From Escherichia coli (GTDB lineage: Bacteria; Pseudomonadota; Gammaproteobacteria; Enterobacterales; Enterobacteriaceae): DNA of 64,000 nt. Shown in pieces: positions 46,230 to 54,702 of the stretch. Location of the stretch: NCBI GenBank assembly GCA_023061495.1, contig GCA_023061495.1_3643.1; one strand, written 5' to 3'. Position numbers and translations under genes: made by a program. Position 1 is the first letter of the stretch. Every line of letters starts with the position of its first letter. The notes beneath the pieces were generated by a model, which searched no databases, had not been told where the DNA came from, and was given only the letters and a program-made list of their open reading frames with translations.

Positions 46230-46475
46230 TTATAGCTCCACTAGCAAAGTGCTCTCAAAATGCCTCTCATGCAGACCACTATAAGGAACCACTTCCACAA
46301 CACCGTCGCGGATGTATGGAGTCATCATGGTGACATAATCACCGAACGGGTTGGCATTATCACTAACCACGACCACATGCTGCCCCTCCTTGGCAGAGTG
46401 CCAGATAGATCTGCACTTCATCATGTGTTCGAGAGCGCCAGGTAAAATCTTGTTACGTTCTTTACGGGTCTTCAT
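46230..46475 (-). CDS. hypothetical small protein
   Basis: 81 aa; start overlaps upstream gene stop; function unknown. Confidence 0.4.
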   Translation of the reverse strand: MKTRKERNKILPGALEHMMKCRSIWHSAKEGQHVVVVSDNANPFGDYVTMMTPYIRDGVVEVVPYSGLHERHFESTLLVEL

Positions 46476-46921
46476 AACAGATATAGCTCCTTATGAAAGT
46501 GGGCTTTCAATTTCTCACCGAGAAACTTCTTGATACCTTCCTCTAAAGTGTTTTCGATGTAGTCCAGCTTAACTGCTTCGATAGACATATCATAGATCGC
46601 CAGCTCTAAGCTGTCAAGTCCCATCATAGCATGAACCATAAGATTTTCATCTTCAGATACATTCAGGGGACTTCCTATAACATCTGGAGGCAGAATAGTT
46701 TCCCAATTATTCTGGGCGGTAGATCTCCCGCCATCCACCTTACGTCTCAGCTCGAATGTATTCTTAGTGTAGAACACTTCATAAGAAACGATACGACTGT
46801 CACTCTCATAATAGACGAAGTTCAAGTAGGAGCCCAGCCGTAGTCGGCAAACTTCTACCCCAAACCATTGTTTCTTATAAGAATTCAGGCTAATGCTGTC
46901 GCATTCACGTTTGCTCAACAC
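46472..46921 (-). CDS. hypothetical protein
   Basis: 149 aa, GTG start preceded by AAGGAGAGAG; function unknown. Confidence 0.4.
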   Translation of the reverse strand: MLSKRECDSISLNSYKKQWFGVEVCRLRLGSYLNFVYYESDSRIVSYEVFYTKNTFELRRKVDGGRSTAQNNWETILPPDVIGSPLNVSEDENLMVHAMMGLDSLELAIYDMSIEAVKLDYIENTLEEGIKKFLGEKLKAHFHKELYLL

Positions 46922-46937
46922 GGCTCTCTCCTTCTTG

Positions 46938-47171
46938 TTAATCTTCGTAAATAATGATTTCTGCTTTAGGTTTTCGTGCTTTCAGGTCCAGCTCTATCCA
47001 GTGCACCATCGCTGTTTCAAGAAAAACAGCCTGGATGCATCCGTCTTCAGCGTGCCCTACCAGCATAACAAGATCTTCACATTCATCATCTGCATCACGG
47101 ACATACAAGATCTCTCCAGATTCAAAGTCTTTCACAACCTGATTGCTGGATAATTTACGAATTTTTGCCAT
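46938..47171 (-). CDS. small early protein, divergent member of a tandem paralogue family (D)
   Basis: 77 aa; RBS AGAGGG; shares N-terminal basic region and G-x-(V/I)-hydrophobic core pattern with the three 87-aa genes upstream. Confidence 0.45.
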   Translation of the reverse strand: MAKIRKLSSNQVVKDFESGEILYVRDADDECEDLVMLVGHAEDGCIQAVFLETAMVHWIELDLKARKPKAEIIIYED

Positions 47172-47172
47172 A

Positions 47173-47436
47173 TCAGAAACCCTCTAAAAAGCTCTTGTAG
47201 AAAATAATCTCAGTATCCACACCAGTCACGATCTTGTCGTTCCTGATTTCATCTGTAAGATAGGTGTCAAAACGCAGCACCTGTGTGGTATTGTCACACA
47301 TCCACTCGGCTGTTACCATGGCAAAAATCTTAGCATCTTCATTATCTGGTGTAAATGTTACCACCTCACCGCATTTAAACTTTTCGATAGGTTGCGTGTT
47401 AGCTTTTGGTTCTGCAATGGTGATTTTCGTGGTCAT
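47173..47436 (-). CDS. small early protein, tandem paralogue family (C)
   Basis: 87 aa; RBS AGGAGGAG; motif KCGEVVTF aligns with PCGTVVSC and APGTVVMF of the neighbours. Confidence 0.5.
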   Translation of the reverse strand: MTTKITIAEPKANTQPIEKFKCGEVVTFTPDNEDAKIFAMVTAEWMCDNTTQVLRFDTYLTDEIRNDKIVTGVDTEIIFYKSFLEGF

Positions 47437-47699
47437 TATTCTCCTCCTTCTTTTGAATAGCTTGTCTCTCCAAGGATGGTAATTTTGGTGTCAAGCTCTG
47501 TAACTTTCATGTTTGGTGGCAGATCGTACAACTCATTATTTTCTAAATCGAACCCCCATACACAATGTTCCCCTGTTTTGACAATCATAACTATGTTTTG
47601 AATGCCGTCTCCGTCACAACTTACCACGGTCCCACATGGAAAACTGTCTGCACGCTTTTTGTTCTTCACTTTAGAATTGAATACAATGCTAGTAGCCAT
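47436..47699 (-). CDS. small early protein, tandem paralogue family (B)
   Basis: 87 aa; RBS GGAGGA; 1-nt start/stop overlap with neighbours; clear similarity to paralogue A. Confidence 0.5.
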   Translation of the reverse strand: MATSIVFNSKVKNKKRADSFPCGTVVSCDGDGIQNIVMIVKTGEHCVWGFDLENNELYDLPPNMKVTELDTKITILGETSYSKEGGE

Positions 47700-47962
47700 T
47701 ATTGTTCCTCCACCATAACTTCGCCAAGAATTTCTATGCAGGCATCCATTTCTGTAACAACCAAGGTGTGAGGTAGTTCTGCAAACACCTTTCTGAACAG
47801 GTCAAATACCCCAACATATATGTTTGCAGGATGTGATCTCACAACAAGTGCTGTATTCACATCTCCAAGTTCATCAACAAACATCACCACAGTACCTGGA
47901 GCTACTGAAGACAGATACTTCTTAGTTTTACGGTTGGATGCAAATTTTAACTCTGTTGCCAT
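47699..47962 (-). CDS. small early protein, tandem paralogue family (A)
   Basis: 87 aa; RBS GGAGGAG; MATELKFASNRKTKKY...APGTVVMF...VGVFDL...LGE. Confidence 0.5.
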   Translation of the reverse strand: MATELKFASNRKTKKYLSSVAPGTVVMFVDELGDVNTALVVRSHPANIYVGVFDLFRKVFAELPHTLVVTEMDACIEILGEVMVEEQ

Positions 47963-47977
47963 AAATAATCTCCTCCT

Positions 47978-49438
47978 TTATTTAACGTACTCGATTAATT
48001 CCACAGTTTTCCCAAAGCTCGGGATATAATTTTTATTATACCCTTCAGTGAGAACCCATAAAGTATCGTACTTTTTCCACTTGTTGTCAACAGCCTTTTG
48101 TTCAAAGTTATGCTCAAAGTAGAGATCGGTAAGGACGATGACATCTTTTGCATTCGGTATGTTAGCATCCAGATACTCGAACACGCAGGCGGCTGTTGTG
48201 CCCCATGTTGAGTGGACCTCATAGTTGATCATCTCATCGATGTTACCGCGAGTGTATACTTTAACCTCTCCAACCTCGGTTGACCAACAGAACATCGTAA
48301 CCTTAAACTCTTTATACAAATTGCACAACCCGGTGATCTCATTAAACATTTTCTTTAAAGTTCTTTGTGAGATCGATCCAGAAACGTCTAAAGCCACTAC
48401 AATATCTATAGTGTTTTCCGGATTACGACCAGGAACAATAACGTGTTGATTCTTGTTTATAGCTCCAACTTTTCGCATTGTGGTGGTCAAAGACCCAGAT
48501 CGGCGACCAGGTTTTCTGTAGGTTAACTCAGCCTTTCTTTTAGATAACATACGTTGCTTAATAATATCTATATAATTGATTACAGGCTTGCCTCTGTTTT
48601 TGACAAACTCGCGCACCGCCTCGGGGCAACGACCTCCTGAAGCTTGCATTGCTGCTTCCAACATGTCACCAGAATCCTGCATGGCCTGATCTTTATCAGA
48701 TTGACTGATTACTGGTTGCGGCTGATCATACCCCATAGCCTTTCCAAGATCATCACTAGTGCCACCGTTCCCGCTCATGTGATCATCGGTTTGTCGTTTA
48801 TCTCCTTGGGAGTTCTCACCTTTACCGTTCTTACTTTTACCGCCATTCTGATCTCTTTGTTTATCAAGAACTGCATAGACGTTCTCAGCAATCCATCCAT
48901 GAAACTTCATGTCGCAGTAGCAATTAGCTAAGAAGCCAAAAGGCTTACCTTTTACGAACTCAGTGCTTTTCCCCTTCGGGAAGAAAACACAAGGAGGCTT
49001 GCTAAAGTCAACCACAAGACCTGTGTTGATAACGTGATCACAAGCAATATTGAACAGTTCCGGCTCAAAGCTTTTACCACGGACCAGATGATCACAGATA
49101 ATATGCCCCACCTCATGTGACAGAAGAAATGCCACCTCTTTCACAGATTTTGGGGAATAGAAAACCTCAGCCATCTCAAACTGCTTGTCAGTCAGAGATG
49201 CTTTAAGAATGGTTTTACGCTCATCTGCCAACCCCATAATGAACTCAGGGCTGTAGTAGATGCGTTTATGGTCTGTTGCCATAGTGGAGCACCATGTGTG
49301 GTTTTCTACGAACTGCAACCCTGACAACAGTGTGCCATAAAACGGCAGCTTTTCAAGAAGATACATGCGAGCGGCCTGCAGCATTCGCAAGGCATCATCT
49401 TTTTGTGCGGTAATGATTTCTGAACTTCTGCTATCCAT
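47978..49438 (-). CDS. vWA-domain protein with N-terminal HExxH metallopeptidase-like motif
   Basis: ATG at 49438 preceded by GGAG, chosen over the track's TTG at 49459; HEVGH zinc motif; MIDAS-type VVALDVSGSIS. Confidence 0.6.
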   Translation of the reverse strand: MDSRSSEIITAQKDDALRMLQAARMYLLEKLPFYGTLLSGLQFVENHTWCSTMATDHKRIYYSPEFIMGLADERKTILKASLTDKQFEMAEVFYSPKSVKEVAFLLSHEVGHIICDHLVRGKSFEPELFNIACDHVINTGLVVDFSKPPCVFFPKGKSTEFVKGKPFGFLANCYCDMKFHGWIAENVYAVLDKQRDQNGGKSKNGKGENSQGDKRQTDDHMSGNGGTSDDLGKAMGYDQPQPVISQSDKDQAMQDSGDMLEAAMQASGGRCPEAVREFVKNRGKPVINYIDIIKQRMLSKRKAELTYRKPGRRSGSLTTTMRKVGAINKNQHVIVPGRNPENTIDIVVALDVSGSISQRTLKKMFNEITGLCNLYKEFKVTMFCWSTEVGEVKVYTRGNIDEMINYEVHSTWGTTAACVFEYLDANIPNAKDVIVLTDLYFEHNFEQKAVDNKWKKYDTLWVLTEGYNKNYIPSFGKTVELIEYVK

Positions 49439-49471
49439 TAAAACTCCAGAAGGGGCCAATGGCCCCTGTCA

Positions 49472-50449
49472 TTATTTAACGTGCTTGAAAATACCAGCCA
49501 ACTCGGTCATTGTCATGCGGGTGGTCTTCATAAGGTCTGTCATAGCTTTTTCCATGATTGGAGATACCACCATGAAGTTACCTTTGGTGAAACCTTTGTT
49601 CCAGTCGGTAACTAATAGTGGTTTAAGTCCGGCCCCGAGACGCTCACCAGTTAAAGCACAACATTTTCGAATGTATGTGCTCTTAAATTGGCTGAACGAC
49701 AGATCAACTTTCATGCCTACATCGTAGAACGTTTGACAATAGAAGGTGTAAGCTTTGGCAATCTCAACATCATCAGGTAGTGCAGGAACCTCTTCTGTAA
49801 GCCCCTCTTCGACCTCCTGAGTCTCTTTTTCCTCTTCATGTACCTGTTGCGTCATTTCTTCAATCTCTTCTGCGATAGGTTCGTTTACAATGTCAGAAAT
49901 GTGCTTCTTGGGTGCACGATAAGTAACTTTAGACATAGGTAGCATATCTTCCTCCTCTTCTTCGTCAAAGAGTGCTAGTTTATCCTCTTCCGTTCCATAT
50001 TGCAAGATGAAATCTTCAAAAGTATAATCACCTTTCAATTTCTCCATACGCTCTTCGCTCAGGTGGAGCATCATCTGCTGGACAATTTTTCGATCAGTTT
50101 TGTCTTTAATCAAGACTGCGGTCTTTTTATCTACCAGACAGTCCTTCAGGGAGTTGCACCTTAACCCAACCACACAACAGTTATCAATTGCGTAAGGACC
50201 TTCATCATCTATCCGCTCTAAGGATGGGTAGAAAGGATTCCCCAACCCGTTTTCATCTGTGTGCATGTCAAAAGGTATAAGGGTATAGTCGCACACCCCC
50301 TCTCCTAAAAGTTTTTTACCAAATAGGAGGTATTCTTCCCATGACAGGTTGAACTCTATATCTCGTTTCCGTGCATTATTTTGTTTGCGTCTGTATTTTT
50401 TTAGCAGGCGCTCTAATTCTTCTGGTGTATAATATTTTTCAAGATTCAT
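49472..50449 (-). CDS. first early gene of the minus-strand unit; protein with degenerate HNH-like motif and acidic linker
   Basis: ATG at 50449 lies about 25 nt downstream of the predicted minus-strand transcription start; the track's TTG at 50515 would precede the promoter; motif SLERIDDEGPYAIDNCCVVGLRCNSLK. Confidence 0.45.
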   Translation of the reverse strand: MNLEKYYTPEELERLLKKYRRKQNNARKRDIEFNLSWEEYLLFGKKLLGEGVCDYTLIPFDMHTDENGLGNPFYPSLERIDDEGPYAIDNCCVVGLRCNSLKDCLVDKKTAVLIKDKTDRKIVQQMMLHLSEERMEKLKGDYTFEDFILQYGTEEDKLALFDEEEEEDMLPMSKVTYRAPKKHISDIVNEPIAEEIEEMTQQVHEEEKETQEVEEGLTEEVPALPDDVEIAKAYTFYCQTFYDVGMKVDLSFSQFKSTYIRKCCALTGERLGAGLKPLLVTDWNKGFTKGNFMVVSPIMEKAMTDLMKTTRMTMTELAGIFKHVK

Positions 50450-50480
50450 AAGTTGTCTCTTGTGCTTTGTAGGTGAAGAA

Positions 50481-50509
50481 ATCTTATCAAGTGCCTCAAC
50501 AGATGTCAA
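50481..50509 (-). promoter_or_regulatory. early promoter, minus strand (TTGACA, 17 bp, TAAGAT)
   Basis: Minus-strand -35 TTGACA (50509-50504), spacer 17, -10 TAAGAT (50486-50481); back to back with the plus-strand promoter. Confidence 0.55.
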
Positions 50510-50522
50510 CCTCAAAAACGTG

Positions 50523-50551
50523 TTGACTTTACTCTAAATCCACGATATAGT
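50523..50551 (+). promoter_or_regulatory. early promoter, plus strand (TTGACT, 17 bp, TATAGT)
   Basis: -35 TTGACT 50523-50528, spacer 17, -10 TATAGT 50546-50551; divergent from the minus-strand early promoter. Confidence 0.55.
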
Positions 50552-50591
50552 GCACCCATTCGAAAGAAAACGAACACAGGATCACTTAATC

Positions 50592-51491
50592 ATGTCAAAT
50601 CTTAACAGCTTTAGCACTCGGTGGAAACAAGATATCACAACCAATCTCTCAGCAGGAGATATCCTTTCTGCAATTTACGAGGCCTTGGATGATAAAGCTA
50701 CTTCAAAATCGGTCTGTACCAACCCGCTAATTCCTATAGTAATGAAGGTGATTGAACGTAGGTTGGTATCCGGATCCGATAAGTGGACATATCTTGATAA
50801 TGGGGGACACACTTACTCCAACGGATATGTTGATATAAAAGTAGAATACGCAGTATCATACCGACGGAGCGGTTCTGTAACTTTCAACTTCTCTGGAGGT
50901 TTCCGATCTCTGGCAACTTCACCTTTTGTTTCCTCAGAGCAAAAGTTTGAACTTCCGTTCCTTTGGATGATGGCTAACGCGACAGGCAAAACCCCTGTAA
51001 GCATTCGCGTAAAATACAACTACAACGGATCTAGTAAGATCTATGCCGAGAGTGTATCAGCAAGTTTTTATTTTGTGATGGGGGATGGAATCCTCAAACA
51101 TATAAAGATGTGCGATATGCATGATGTTATAAATGAAGTGACTGATAAGAATGTCCTAGTGAAAGACCTCAATAATTTTTATACACCTGGAGACTATTAC
51201 GTCAACCGCCCACTGTGCATCTTTAATGCCGCACACCCTTTAGGTGAGTATTTGATCGCCAATAGCGATATTGCCAATAATCGCTTCGAGGTAGCAAGAG
51301 TACAGAATGAGGTGTTGACATCTTGCAAGAGCGGTGATAAGTTTACCGAAGAAGAGATGGGTGTTTTAGAGATGATGGGATATAAGTGTAGCCTTTGGGT
51401 AGATGAGGTGTTTAATGACGGCATCTATGGACAGGATATTTACCCACTAAAGAAGTATACTGATTCCAGTTTAATTTACGCGGAGATTTGA
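50592..51491 (+). CDS. hypothetical early protein
   Basis: ATG 50592 downstream of the predicted transcription start; the track's start at 50550 would overlap the -10; 299 aa. Confidence 0.5.
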   Translation: MSNLNSFSTRWKQDITTNLSAGDILSAIYEALDDKATSKSVCTNPLIPIVMKVIERRLVSGSDKWTYLDNGGHTYSNGYVDIKVEYAVSYRRSGSVTFNFSGGFRSLATSPFVSSEQKFELPFLWMMANATGKTPVSIRVKYNYNGSSKIYAESVSASFYFVMGDGILKHIKMCDMHDVINEVTDKNVLVKDLNNFYTPGDYYVNRPLCIFNAAHPLGEYLIANSDIANNRFEVARVQNEVLTSCKSGDKFTEEEMGVLEMMGYKCSLWVDEVFNDGIYGQDIYPLKKYTDSSLIYAEI

Positions 51492-51698
51492 CTATGATGA
51501 AGTCATGTGGTAGTGTATATTATGTTGGTGAGAATGTTCAGGCAGATAGTGTGTGGAAATCACCACCGATGATGCCTTCTTGAGCGGGTTATGTTTCCCC
51601 AATCCTGGGGACATTCTCCCTCACCCTGGAGATTTTGTTGTCAACAAGACAGACGGTTATACCGTGTGCCTGATGGTTGAAAAAATCTTTTTAGACAC

Positions 51699-51727
51699 TA
51701 GACACAATCACCGTCTTGTGCTAAAAT
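51699..51727 (+). promoter_or_regulatory. sigma70-like promoter with extended -10 (TAGACA, 17 bp, TGcTAAAAT)
   Basis: -35 TAGACA 51699-51704, TG 51719-51720, -10 TAAAAT 51722-51727. Confidence 0.45.
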
Positions 51728-51768
51728 TTCAAGAATGTAAAATGACAGTTGCCTAAGGAGGCCTATCA

Positions 51769-52125
51769 ATGTCTAAAGTTACTTATCGTGCAGCTATTTA
51801 CTGCAATGAGCAACCAATCAATAGTGATGGTCACTGCTTTTTTAAAGAAAATCAGTTGGGCTGTATTGCCCTCCCTGATGAAGGGGAAGGTTATATGATT
51901 GCATTGACAGGGTTTGAGCCTGAAGCCTTGGAAGCCAATCTGGACTACATGGTAGAGAAGGGTGCTGCAGACTTGGTTGCCAATGGCCTCTCCATAAGCC
52001 TTGAAGAAGTGGAGCGCTTCATGGGCAATTACCGTGTAGTGCGTGAGTTTACTGTCGAGGTGGAAACTCCAGAGTGGGGTGGCACTGAAACTAATGCTGA
52101 AGAAAAAGAAGAGGAGGTAGAATAA
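51769..52125 (+). CDS. hypothetical early protein (acidic C-terminus)
   Basis: RBS AAGGAGG; 118 aa. Confidence 0.5.
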   Translation: MSKVTYRAAIYCNEQPINSDGHCFFKENQLGCIALPDEGEGYMIALTGFEPEALEANLDYMVEKGAADLVANGLSISLEEVERFMGNYRVVREFTVEVETPEWGGTETNAEEKEEEVE

Positions 52126-52382
52126 TGAAAGTGCAAATCTTGACTAATGCCGAGAAGATGTTTATCGAAGATACGCCTTTTGAAACTGGTGAGCTACAGT
52201 TTGTATATTTTGTTGACTTAGATAAGGTTTTTCCTGCGCTGAACCTAGGTTTGGAGAAAGTACCTTATAAAACTCTATGCCAGGTTGTCCGTGCCTTAGC
52301 GGCAGATGGGGAGTTCCACACCATTGAAGATATCCAGACCTATGGGTATCTTGAACTGCAACGAGAAGAAGAGGTGGACTGA
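52125..52382 (+). CDS. hypothetical early protein
   Basis: RBS AGAGGAGG; start overlaps upstream stop; 85 aa. Confidence 0.5.
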   Translation: MKVQILTNAEKMFIEDTPFETGELQFVYFVDLDKVFPALNLGLEKVPYKTLCQVVRALAADGEFHTIEDIQTYGYLELQREEEVD

Positions 52383-52384
52383 TA

Positions 52385-52765
52385 ATGGCCCAGTGGAAGA
52401 CAACAGTTGACCTTCATGATCAGTGGTTAGGACGCATCACCGAAGACGGGAAACTAGTGGAGTGGGACAACAAGCATGTTAGCGAGTTGGCAAGTATTGT
52501 GGCTGGCAAATTACGCTCCAAGTTCCCTGAACAACTGGATCCTGATAGTTCAAAGTTCGATCCTGAGTTGGAGGATGTTGTATACTACTTCGATACCGTT
52601 GATGACTACGACGCGTGGTTTGCAGCACGTGAGCTTTACCCTCAAGGCTCTGCTATGCGCCAGATGGAAGAAGATTATCCTCCGTGTGAGCAATTCAACA
52701 ATGCAATGGCTTGCCTTTACGATTGGGCAGATAAGAACCTTGTCTGGATTCGGACTGCATTCTAG
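52385..52765 (+). CDS. hypothetical early protein
   Basis: RBS GAGGTGGA; 126 aa. Confidence 0.5.
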   Translation: MAQWKTTVDLHDQWLGRITEDGKLVEWDNKHVSELASIVAGKLRSKFPEQLDPDSSKFDPELEDVVYYFDTVDDYDAWFAARELYPQGSAMRQMEEDYPPCEQFNNAMACLYDWADKNLVWIRTAF

Positions 52766-52809
52766 TAGGTAGGGATGGCGGCAAGGATGCTGCTTAAGGA
52801 GCAGTAGAT

Positions 52810-53079
52810 ATGTTATACCAGCAGTACGAACTTCGTGCAGAAAAAGAATTAAATTTTGACAAAGATATTCACAGATATTATTATGGGAAAGTTAGAGGGC
52901 AAGCAAGAAAGTGTACTCCAACACTCTTTTATGCCAGCAGACGACTGCCTCCAGAAGAGGCAACAGCAGAAAGGGTTGCGTACAACTGGGGAGTCACGTA
53001 TGATATTGACAGATCCGATGTGATATCTGTTTTGGAAAACTTTGAAAACACTTACACACAAGTAGAGGACTTTTACTAA
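52810..53079 (+). CDS. hypothetical early protein
   Basis: RBS TAAGGAG; 89 aa. Confidence 0.45.
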   Translation: MLYQQYELRAEKELNFDKDIHRYYYGKVRGQARKCTPTLFYASRRLPPEEATAERVAYNWGVTYDIDRSDVISVLENFENTYTQVEDFY

Positions 53080-54263
53080 TGTCAAGAAACGTATTCGAAA
53101 GTGGTCAAATCACTGTCCGCGAGTTGCCAGCTATTATTCAATTTGCCCAGCGTCATAACCGATCTGTCCTGATTTTAGGACCGATGGGTGTGGGAAAGAG
53201 TCAGGTTATGAAGCAGATTGCTGATAATATGTTCGGTGAGCGAGATGACAACCTGGTTGACGTGCGGCTGTCAGATAAAGATCCTGCTGACTTATCTGGA
53301 CTGCCTATCCCTGTAGAGGTAGATGGAGCTACACGTACAGTGTTTGCAATTCCAGAATTTTGGCCTGCAGACTCAGACTGGAGCGGAATTATCTTTCTGG
53401 ATGAGCTTACTCATGCAGATAACTACCTGCAGAAGGTTGCAATGCAAATTATGCTCGACCACAAGTGCGGCACCTATGCATTTCCTAAGGGCTCTGTTTT
53501 TGTAGCTGCAGGTAACCGTGCTACAGATGGTGCTGTTCTTTCAGCGCTCGAAGCTCCTCTGGCTAACCGCTTTATCATTGTAGAAGTTACAAGCAATGCA
53601 GAGGTATTTATTGAGGACTACGCATTCCTTAATGGTGTGCATTCCTCTGTAATTGGATATCTGAAAAGAGTTCCATCAGCTATCGATAATTATGAGGCTA
53701 TGGCTGAGATTAATTGTCCGTCTTTTGCCACACCGCGATCTTGGGTTGCTGCATCTGACATCCTGCACGATTTTGACAGCGGTATTATTTCTGACGCTAT
53801 GGCTCGTGTTCTTCTGCAAGGTGCTATCGGTCACACTGCAGCGGTAGAAATCTGGACCTACCACACCAAGAAACGAAACTTGCCAGAAATCGGTCGGATT
53901 ATGGCAGGGGGTTGCAAAGAGTATGTAGGTCCTAAGCAGCCAGATATCTTGTGGATTCTGGGGTCTGAAGGGTGTATCGCTATTCGTAACATGATGGAAA
54001 ATGCAAGTATCTCCGACGAAGATCTTGTCAGCTGTGTGGCAAACTTCCTTGATTTCCTTTGGGAAAATTTCAAGGATGAGAACCGAGACTTTGTATTCTC
54101 AGTCTTTATGGCGATGATGAAACCCAACGCCCTAGGAAATGCCTTACTTATTGGTAAAGGCCGGGACAAGATCGTTGCTCAGCTGATCAAAGCATACCCG
54201 AACCTGATGAAGATTGTAAAAGAGTTTGGTGAAGAGTTTAGCGCCATTTTAGCTAAAGCTTGA
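53079..54263 (+). CDS. AAA+ ATPase, MoxR/AAA_5-like
   Basis: 394 aa; Walker A LILGPMGVGKS; Walker B IIFLDELTHA; start overlaps upstream stop. Confidence 0.65.
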   Translation: MSRNVFESGQITVRELPAIIQFAQRHNRSVLILGPMGVGKSQVMKQIADNMFGERDDNLVDVRLSDKDPADLSGLPIPVEVDGATRTVFAIPEFWPADSDWSGIIFLDELTHADNYLQKVAMQIMLDHKCGTYAFPKGSVFVAAGNRATDGAVLSALEAPLANRFIIVEVTSNAEVFIEDYAFLNGVHSSVIGYLKRVPSAIDNYEAMAEINCPSFATPRSWVAASDILHDFDSGIISDAMARVLLQGAIGHTAAVEIWTYHTKKRNLPEIGRIMAGGCKEYVGPKQPDILWILGSEGCIAIRNMMENASISDEDLVSCVANFLDFLWENFKDENRDFVFSVFMAMMKPNALGNALLIGKGRDKIVAQLIKAYPNLMKIVKEFGEEFSAILAKA

Positions 54264-54272
54264 GGAGGTTGT

Positions 54273-54653
54273 ATGGCTAAAGTAGGTAAGCGGGGAAACT
54301 ACTTGGTGGTATTGACCGAGGAGCCGGAGAAGGAGTACGAATGCAGCTCCACTTGCGTGATCGATATCCGAGGAAAAGATGTAGATGAAATCTGGTTTAA
54401 AATATTGGACGCTTGCGACAGCAGTGACTATTTCTTCATCTATGTCAACGATAAAGCGGGGTTCTTCCATGACGATGGAGAGTTACCGTATGAAATCTAT
54501 GAGCTTGTAGAGGCTTGCCATCGTGGAGATGCGGAGTTGTTTGGTCTACGGCTGAAAAGCGGTAAGTTCTTCTACCAAGACGAATGCATGAATCTTCACA
54601 ACTTCGTAGAGGGAACTTGCAACGATGGAGAGATTCTGGCACACTACGACTAA
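54273..54653 (+). CDS. hypothetical protein
   Basis: RBS GAGGAGG; 126 aa; terminator hairpin downstream. Confidence 0.5.
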   Translation: MAKVGKRGNYLVVLTEEPEKEYECSSTCVIDIRGKDVDEIWFKILDACDSSDYFFIYVNDKAGFFHDDGELPYEIYELVEACHRGDAELFGLRLKSGKFFYQDECMNLHNFVEGTCNDGEILAHYD

Positions 54654-54666
54654 TTTCTAAGACCAC

Positions 54667-54692
54667 CCCCGCTTCGGCGGGGATTTTCTATT
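54667..54692 (+). terminator. rho-independent terminator with UUCG tetraloop
   Basis: CCCCGC-TTCG-GCGGGG followed by ATTTTCTATTT; same hairpin as at 28735. Confidence 0.6.
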
Positions 54693-54702
54693 TGGAGTTA
54701 TT

